This document shows positions 56,166-64,000 of a stretch of DNA of 64,000 nucleotides, in pieces (the stretch's first letter is position 1; the number at the start of each line of letters is the position of its first letter). Position numbers and translations under genes: made by a program. The notes under the pieces are model-generated. The model was not told where the DNA came from, did no database searches, and worked only from the letters and a program-made list of their open reading frames with translations. The DNA is from the human T2T-CHM13v2.0 reference genome, Homo sapiens: NCBI RefSeq assembly GCF_009914755.1, contig NC_060932.1. One strand, 5' to 3'.

Positions 56166-56539
56166 TCTGTTTTGTCTCCTTTCACATTGTGTCTGTTCCA
56201 GCATCCACAACTCTAGACATAACAGATTGATTGCTAAGAAATTTTTATTCCTTTTTGTTTTTATACCATCTGTTCACACAGCCTTGAAAGATCTTTAGTA
56301 TTTTTTTTTGTCCAGTATCTTGAAGACATTTAAAATGTCACCTCCTATGTGAAGACTTCCTTCATCTTTTGTTTTAATTAATAAGTCCTCTGGGCTTTCA
56401 CAAGCATTTTGCTTAGTTTACATTCTTATTTCAATATGCTTGATTTGTTTGTCCTACTAGATTTAAAACTCTTAAACTGTTAGAGACAAAGACCAAGATT
56501 TTAAAAGAAAAAAGCTTCCTGGCTTCTTTGTGAGCTCAA

Positions 56540-57795
56540 ATACACACACACACACACACACACACTCACACATACACACACGCTATACACACATTCACAA
56601 AAATATGTACATATATATGGTGATATATATTATATATACACATAATATATATAAACACACATATATATTATACAAACACATGAGTGAAGGGTATATTACG
56701 TATTATGTATACAATATATATTATATATAATGTATTATGTATATTATATATTATATATAATGTATATAATATACAACATATGAGCTTTCAAAGTTGAGCA
56801 GGCTGTCAGGGGAGCATCTCTCCAACTTTATGCTTCAACTGTATGCTTCAAACTTTGGACATTTAACTCACATCCATGCACACATAAATTTTGTAGCTAG
56901 CCACCGATAAAATAGGACACTATGTGGCCCAATAGGGCTCCAGCTTAAGACAAGATATGACATAAATATAATATACATTATATTATATATACATTATATA
57001 CATTATATTATATAATATATACATTATATAATGTATATATGTATATATACATTATATAATGTATATATGTATATATACATATATATAATGTATATATGTA
57101 TATATACATTATATATAATGTATATATGTATATATACATTATATATAATGTATACATTATATGTATATATACATATATACATTATGTTTAGGTCATTAAT
57201 ATATTATATATTATATACATTATATTTATGTCATACCTTGTCTTATATTATATATTATATATATTATATACATAATACATACACATACACACATATTTAC
57301 ACATAAAATAGATATACACATAGCTGCGCATATACACATGTATGTGCATACACATGTACCCATATAGGCATGTGCATGTGCACATATGTATTCATGTGGA
57401 TATACACACACATATGCACACATAGATACTTATGAACACATATATTTAGTAACATCAAAGATGGTTTTGCAAATCTAGTAACACCTAATTTTCTATAGTT
57501 TGCAAGTGTTGTCAGATATATTATCTCATTTACTCAATTTGGATTAATATAATATATATTATTATATATATTAGGCCTTTCACCGATGTGTTTGTATAAT
57601 ATATAAATATATAATATATATGATGTAATATATGATATATCATATAATATATAAATATATAATATGTAATACATTATAACATTTATATATAATATATTAT
57701 TACATATATTAAATATTATTACATATATTATATATTATAATATAGTTTTCTATGTAATATATAATAATGTATATAATACCCTTCACCCATGTGTA
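56540..57795. repeat. TA-rich microsatellite region carrying templated copies of downstream DNA
   Basis: 56778-56829 = rc(58508-58559); 56838-56968 = 59011-59141; 57273-57547 = rc(59463-59754); separated by (TA)n-type filler. Confidence 0.95.
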
Positions 57796-59569
57796 TCTTT
57801 GAGTTTCCAATGTTACACTATCATAATTTCCAACCTAAATTCAATAGTAAATAATGCTCTTTTCTTCTGCAGTCTCTTGCATTGATGTAATTTTTGGTAT
57901 ATATATGCACTGAAACTATTTATTTAAAACTATTGGAGTGAAAGCTATGGTGTGTTTTCACATTATCTTGTTTGCTATTTACAGCAATCTTTTAAAGAAG
58001 TTGGAAGAGGTGAGAAACTCCATCTGATAAGAAAACAGAATCTTTAAGAAGTGGACTTGCTGATGGTCACAGGGCTAGCGAAAGGTGAGCCTGGTATAAA
58101 CAACATTTAGTGGCATAAAATGTAGTTGTCCTGTGTGTGAAAGTTCTGTAGGGAAGTAGCTAAAGTGGGATATTTATTATCAATAAAAACAATGCAGCCT
58201 CCCAATGGAGATATATTCATCCATTGTTAAATTTTGGTCTTGAATAAACCATAAGCTGTGTTTAAATGACTGATGAAGATATTTTCTATGGCTAATTTTA
58301 TGAGACTTAAGTAAGTTAGTGGTCCTGAGCTCTAAGAAAAATTGCAAATATGTTCTCTTTTCCTCACATTAATTATGAGAAGCAGTTGGCTTAAACTTAG
58401 AATAAATAATTGGACTGTGGTCTGAGATACTCTACTAACCTATTGTGTTATGTAAGGTAAATTACCGGACCTTTCTGCAATTGAGTTCCCTTGCTTGTTA
58501 AAAATGGAAAGTTGGAGAGGTGCTCCCCTGACAGCCTGTTCAACTTTGAAAGCTCATATAATTCCATTATTACATTCAGCTAATGAAGTATGTGTGTTAG
58601 CTGAGAAGTGACTTCTTTTTCTTCAAAATGACTCATTTTTCCCAATAAATGATTTATCCAATCCATTTCCTAGGAAGAATATTTATTTTAGTCTGATGAT
58701 GTACAGTATGCATTTTACCAGTAATACAAGTTTCAGTGGTTAATGAGCCATGACTATGTCTAAGCATGATATATCTTCATCTTCCCTCAACTTCAATGGA
58801 AGAGCACCTTGCTGTAATAGACTTAAAAAGGAGGCTGCCCACCACTTTTCCTTTCAAGGAAAGTTTCTTAAGCCTCAAATTCTAATGGGATTTGGCTCAA
58901 AATCAGAGGTATTTGTAATTGTATGTGTCACTTTTGACTCATGTAGCTGATTCCAATATGAAACTGAGATTACGAAACCCTATTCCTACTTATGATAAAT
59001 GATGAGAAACACTGTATGCTTCAAACTTTGGACCTTTAACTCACATCCATGCACACACAAATTTTGTAGCTAGCCACCCATAAAATAGGACACTATGTGG
59101 CCCAATAGGGCTCCAGCTTAAGACAAGACATGACATAAATAATCTTTCTCTAGCCTGGTTTTTTTTTTTTTTTTAACTGTTTCCTTCTCCATCTCTCTTA
59201 TGATCGCTCTCTTTTTGGATAATGCTTTCCTTCTTTGCACCCAGTGACATATTTGACTTTTCTGGCACGATTATATGTCTTCATCCTAGAACAGATTTGT
59301 TTTCCTGTTCACTCCTTACAGCCTGTAATTGAAGTTGCCCTTGGCACTGGTCAGCTTGGCTAGCTTCATGCTAGCCATCATTCCATTATCATGGAATAAA
59401 TCATAGGGATTTATTCCATATCCCTATGAAAGAGGATTTGGTGACTACAACACCAAGGGAGCTTAATCCAAATTGTCTGAGTAAATGAGATAATGTATCT
59501 GACAACACTTGAAAACTATAGAAAATTAGGTAAATGTTACCATATTTGCAAACCACCTTTGATGTTACT

Positions 59570-59875
59570 AAATATATGTATATATGTGTTCATAAGTATA
59601 TATGTGTGCATATGTGTGTGTATATCCACATGAATACATATGTGCAACATGCACATGCATATATGGGTACATGTGTATGCACATATATGTGTATATGCCC
59701 AGCTATGTATATATCTATTTTTATGTGTAAATATGTGTGTATGTGTATGTATTAGGCATGCATTTGTATGTGTATGCTCTATGTATGTATTATATATGCA
59801 TATTTGTATCTGTATATGCTATATCTGTATGTATTATGTGTGCACGTGTTTGTATGTGTTAGTTATATGTGTATG
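59570..59875. repeat. (TATG)/(TG)-rich low-complexity repeat
   Basis: atatatgtatatatgtgttcataagtatatatgtgtgcatatgtgtgtg... Confidence 0.85.
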
Positions 59876-61725
59876 CCATAAATTTAAGTCAGATTGTTGG
59901 AGCTGTCCTTGCTGAACAGTATCTACTGCCCTGTTTAACCTTATTCTTGACTAACATTAGCACAGCTCTATTCCATTTTTGATTTCCTGTCTCAGCTTAT
60001 TTCTTTCTTTAGAGCTGCAACTACCTGATTCCTTCACTGAGACATGACCGTTTCCTGCTTTCTAAGGTAAGCCTTGATAGAGGGCATGAAGGCTTTTTAA
60101 AGCACTCTGGTCTCATGCGCTGGGAGAGACCATTTGATGCCACTCATAACACTTGATTAGCTCCGTGCCCCATTTAGATTACCTGACTTTTGCCTTGTTA
60201 CTGCATATGTACAAATCTTTAACTCAGTTCTCCCTAACATCAGAATATTCCCTTTGCTATCCCAACCCCTGCCTTTGGCTAGAGTCTAGCCCCTGTACAA
60301 GAACCATGCTTCTAGCAACTGCCTGCATTGCCCTGGGTATTATCAACTCAGGGTTTCCCAATTGATCTCCACCTACCTGTTGGAACACTGCATTGTTTAA
60401 TGTTCAACTTTTTTGATACTGACAGTCATTTGTGATTTAACCCTTCAGATAGCAGTGACAAAAAAAGTGACTACGATTACTTTTGCACCAAAGCACAAAT
60501 TTGTTTGCCCCCAGTGGATATATTTTAAGACTTTTTGCAAACAGCAAACAATAGCAAGAAAGGTGAAAATGTTGTTTGATATGATTTTCTTCTAACCCAC
60601 AACCACACATAAGTGAGAAGATATCACTGTTGAGATCATTGTCATTCTTGGGTTAATCAAAAGAGTAAAAGAATTTAAAAATTGGGTAGGACGCAAAAAT
60701 AGAAATTGCTTCAGGTATGGGTTAAAGATGTAAATTGTGTATTTACTTGAATATGTAAATAAGGGTGAAAATGTAATAATTTTGTATTTCTGTTTTTCTA
60801 GAAATGTCCACATTGTATCTTGGATATTTCTTTAGTCACCTTATTCTGCTACTTAACATACTTCCTTTTAGCCTTACCTGCTAAAGCCTGCAAACTGCAA
60901 GGGGTTGCCCTGCCTTAGAAAATCAGAGCAGATCCTCAGATATGACTGTTTACTTTTACTTTCAACAGTTTAGATGTGTTAAGCACAAGTGGCAACCAAG
61001 ACGTTTCCTAAACCTGAAATTCCCCTGTGCTCTTCAGCAAAATCAGAAAAATAATGAACTCTTAATAACAAAAATGAGATATGAAACACAAAGATTCTGC
61101 ATTGAAATGAAAGTCTGAAAACCTTACAAAATAATTTAAAATGTTTCGAAAAACAAGCATGCAATTCCAACATTATAATATTGTGAAAAGTATATTAACA
61201 CCAGAATTTAAAGGGGTGCTTCTCCTTTGCATCTGAATTATTTGGCTAACCCAAGGCAATCCACAGAACCCCTCCAAACTTCAGTTGCCTCAACTAGACA
61301 TTTGGAATTATCATAGATACCTTTTCTCCAGATAGGGGCTGTCTCAGCCAATCTTGTATACTTTCATATCTGATTATGCAATTTCTACCTAATCCTTGTA
61401 GGAAGAGCAAAAGCTGAAATAGAAAGATTAGAATAGTTGTTTTCTATAGAAATGCAAGTCAAACTCTGATATGCTCAATTAAGATGCACATATGCACATC
61501 TTTCTCATTGCCACAATCTGGGCACACTTAGCCGTAAGGCATATTGGAATCCAACCAAGCGCATTAGAAATAGAGAAGTAAATACAGGAAGTACAGAACC
61601 TGGTTTTTTCTCTATTTCACATTCAGGCTCCTCTTTAATATCTCATGTACTCACTTAGCCAATCTTCTCTTGTCCCCAACTCATCAACCCCAAACCCACT
61701 ACATCCACGTGTTGTCATTTATTCT

Positions 61726-62390
61726 TGAGAAATAAAAATAAAATCCTAAGCCTCCCAAACAGAAGAAGAGACCCCCTCTTGGCCAAGGGGGACCCACAGA
61801 GAAGGTCTGACGTGCCTTGCTATACCAACTTCTTCACTAACCACCGTTGGACATTTTATCCTAAGGGTTAAACAGAAAGTAGTTTTTTTTGTTTTTGTTT
61901 TTGTTTAAGTTTTTCCATTCCCCCTTCCTTTTTTGTGGTTTCGACAAACATCTGTCAGCATTACTTTCTGATAAAAGACCATGAGCTGTGGACTAGTTCT
62001 GGCTGGTTTAAAGGGGCTGCACACATGGTGCCTCTGTATCCTCTGCTTCACCTTTTGACATATAAAACATAATTTTAATGCATTTAAATGTTAAGTCTCC
62101 AACCCAGAGTGAATATGGGACACATGTAATATCACTGTTGGTTTACTATGCACGTGTGCCCCTGCTTTGTGAATATCGTAGCTCCTCCTGTAAGCTGTGG
62201 AATATGTACACTTAGCCAACACATTCTATGTAAATTCCTGTCTCATCTTTTCTTTTTCAAAGTGCTTTCAGTTTCTACCAGAGGCTATGCCTCCCAGCCT
62301 GCAGGTTGGCCAGCTTGTAGGACACAACTTCTTGTAAGAAATAAAACTCTCCACTCCAAATTCATAAACCACCTGATTCTTCAGTTGACA
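61726..62390 (+). mobile_element. ERV1 solo LTR, MER39-like
   Basis: tgagaaataaaaataaaatcctaagcc...accccctcttggccaagggg...gattcttcagttgaca; 4-bp TSD ttct/ttat; inside an L2. Confidence 0.8.
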
Positions 62391-62623
62391 TTATTAATTC
62401 CCTGAACACAAAGTTTCTTTGCCTGGCTAAATTTTACACATTCGGGGGGTAGGTTGCCTTCTCTATATGGTCTCATAACAATATATATCTACCTCTACAA
62501 TGTCCCTTAATCTATATTATTATATTCACTGGCATTTTGTTTTATCTCTATTAGTAAAATGTAAGCTGCTTATGGGCATAGCATATGTCCTGTTCACTAT
62601 CTTAAGTGCCTTATACAGTAATA

Positions 62624-63008
62624 TACCACTATGCTTTCATTGTTCCTGCCTAAACTTATGTTGAAGTTTGATCCCCAATTTGGTGGTGTTGGGAGATGGG
62701 GCCTAATGCGAGGTGTTGGAATTATGGGGGCAGATTTATCTTAAATAGATTAATGCTCTCCTGAGGGTTTCTCTCTTTTCCTTGCTCTCTCACCATGTGA
62801 TTTCTTTGCACATGCCAACTCTCCTTCCACTTTCCACCATGAGTTCTTCCATTTTCTGCCATGAGTTGAATAATCCTGAGGACCTCGCTAGATGCAGATG
62901 CCCAATTTTGAACTTTCCAGCTACCAGAATTGTAAGCCAATAATCTTTTTTTATTAGACTACCCAGTGATGTGTATTCTGTTATAACAATACTTAATGGA
63001 CTAAGACA
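62624..63008 (+). mobile_element. MST (MSTB/D-like) solo LTR
   Basis: aaacttatgttgaagtttgatccccaatttggtggtgttgggagatggggcctaatg...atggactaagaca. Confidence 0.85.
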
Positions 63009-63439
63009 TACACACAGTAGGTATTAAATAGCTAACTTTTGACTGAATTAATGAACACACACACAGACAGACACACAGACTCAAACACATAGTTCACATG
63101 CAATATGCAAAGAAATTATAGAAGTTATAACCAGCTTTGCCTGGAATTCCTTCACTTGTTAGAAAATCATGAGGTCATATGAATCATCTTAATTTATGAA
63201 CAGCTATAAATACAACAACTTTTATTTTTATGCTGGAAGCAAATATACCTCCCAGTAGCATTGACAAAATAGTTACAGTTCTAATATCTGGAGTCACACA
63301 TGCAATGACTAGATCTTAGTCTTCAGGATAACAATGAACAAGTGTAACTACATAACCCTTTGTAATGTAAAAAATGTCTTTTACATATTATTATTTAATT
63401 ACCCCAACAATTTTATGTGATAGACTTTATTCATATCAA

Positions 63440-64000
63440 TATTATCAGTCAGGATCTAATGGGGTGATAGAAATCATGCCAGTTATTTTAAAAGAGAAAA
63501 AATATATATAATTATTGTTAACCAGGTTTTGAATATTTGGAATGAAAAAAAACAGGAGCAAAAATAAAAAGTTGAAATTATTAAAACTTAGAAACTCAGA
63601 GGAGGAAGGTCATAGATCTGGGAATGAGACAGCTGGTGAGGTATACTGGCCAGCTAGTGCTGGTATCTCTAAGGGTAGGTAATGTGGCTTGTTTCATGAG
63701 TGTTAGAAACACTGCAAATTTGAATAAACTGCTCACCTCTTCATGAAGAACCATTGCACCAGTGACACTCACAAGCACAAGAAGCAAAAACAGGCATATA
63801 GAGCAAACAGGAAGGGATACACCTCCATTTTCTCCCCTTTCTTTTGGTCTTCCTCCAGAAGTCTCTATTGGCAGATGATTAAAAAGAAGCCAATTTTCAA
63901 AACAGAAGTTTAGTTGAGCAAGTCATAGCCCCAGCACCACAAAGCAGAGTATAAAATGATGAGTCTGCTGTCCAGAGACAACATGATAATCACTGGCACA
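63440..64000 (-). mobile_element. Ancient LTR, LTR78-like
   Basis: cagtcaggatctaatggggtgatagaaatcatg...cccagcaccacaaagcagagtata...agagacaacatgataatcactggcaca. Confidence 0.55.

Noticed and set aside
56530-59915. Tyr/Ile/Cys/Val-rich ORFs
   Set aside because: Translations of TA/TG microsatellites
60470-60492. MADE1 TIR-like gattactttttgcaccaa
   Set aside because: Only ~18 nt, with no partner TIR or TA TSD; chance or tiny remnant

Overview
AT-rich primate (human-like) non-coding genomic DNA, intergenic or deep intronic. No credible protein-coding exon was seen; the supplied ORFs are L1/Alu/LTR fragments or low-complexity sequence. The window is a mosaic of old MIR/L2/L1M fragments, three L1PA pieces, five Alus, about ten solo LTRs (THE1 x2, LOR1-like, LTR33-like, MER9, MLT1A, LTR12, MER65-like, MER39-like, MST, LTR78-like), a U6 snRNA retrocopy and microsatellites. 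Subfamily names are recalled from consensus sequences, not from a database search. The notable signal is a set of template-switch or templated-insertion scars. (1) A ~1.1 kb insertion at 56.66-57.79 kb is built from ordered, alternating-orientation copies of DNA lying up to ~2 kb downstream, glued by (TA)n and including copies of its own nascent copies. (2) A MADE1 MITE has its left arm replaced by ~365 bp captured from 2 kb away. (3) An end-truncated LTR12 is flanked by a ~180 bp duplication instead of a 4 bp TSD. (4) A THE1 LTR carries a piece of THE1 internal sequence. (5) A perfect 26-bp palindromic VNTR and a chain of small hairpins lie near the large insertion. (6) The U6 copy looks like a U6/polyadenylated-RNA chimera.
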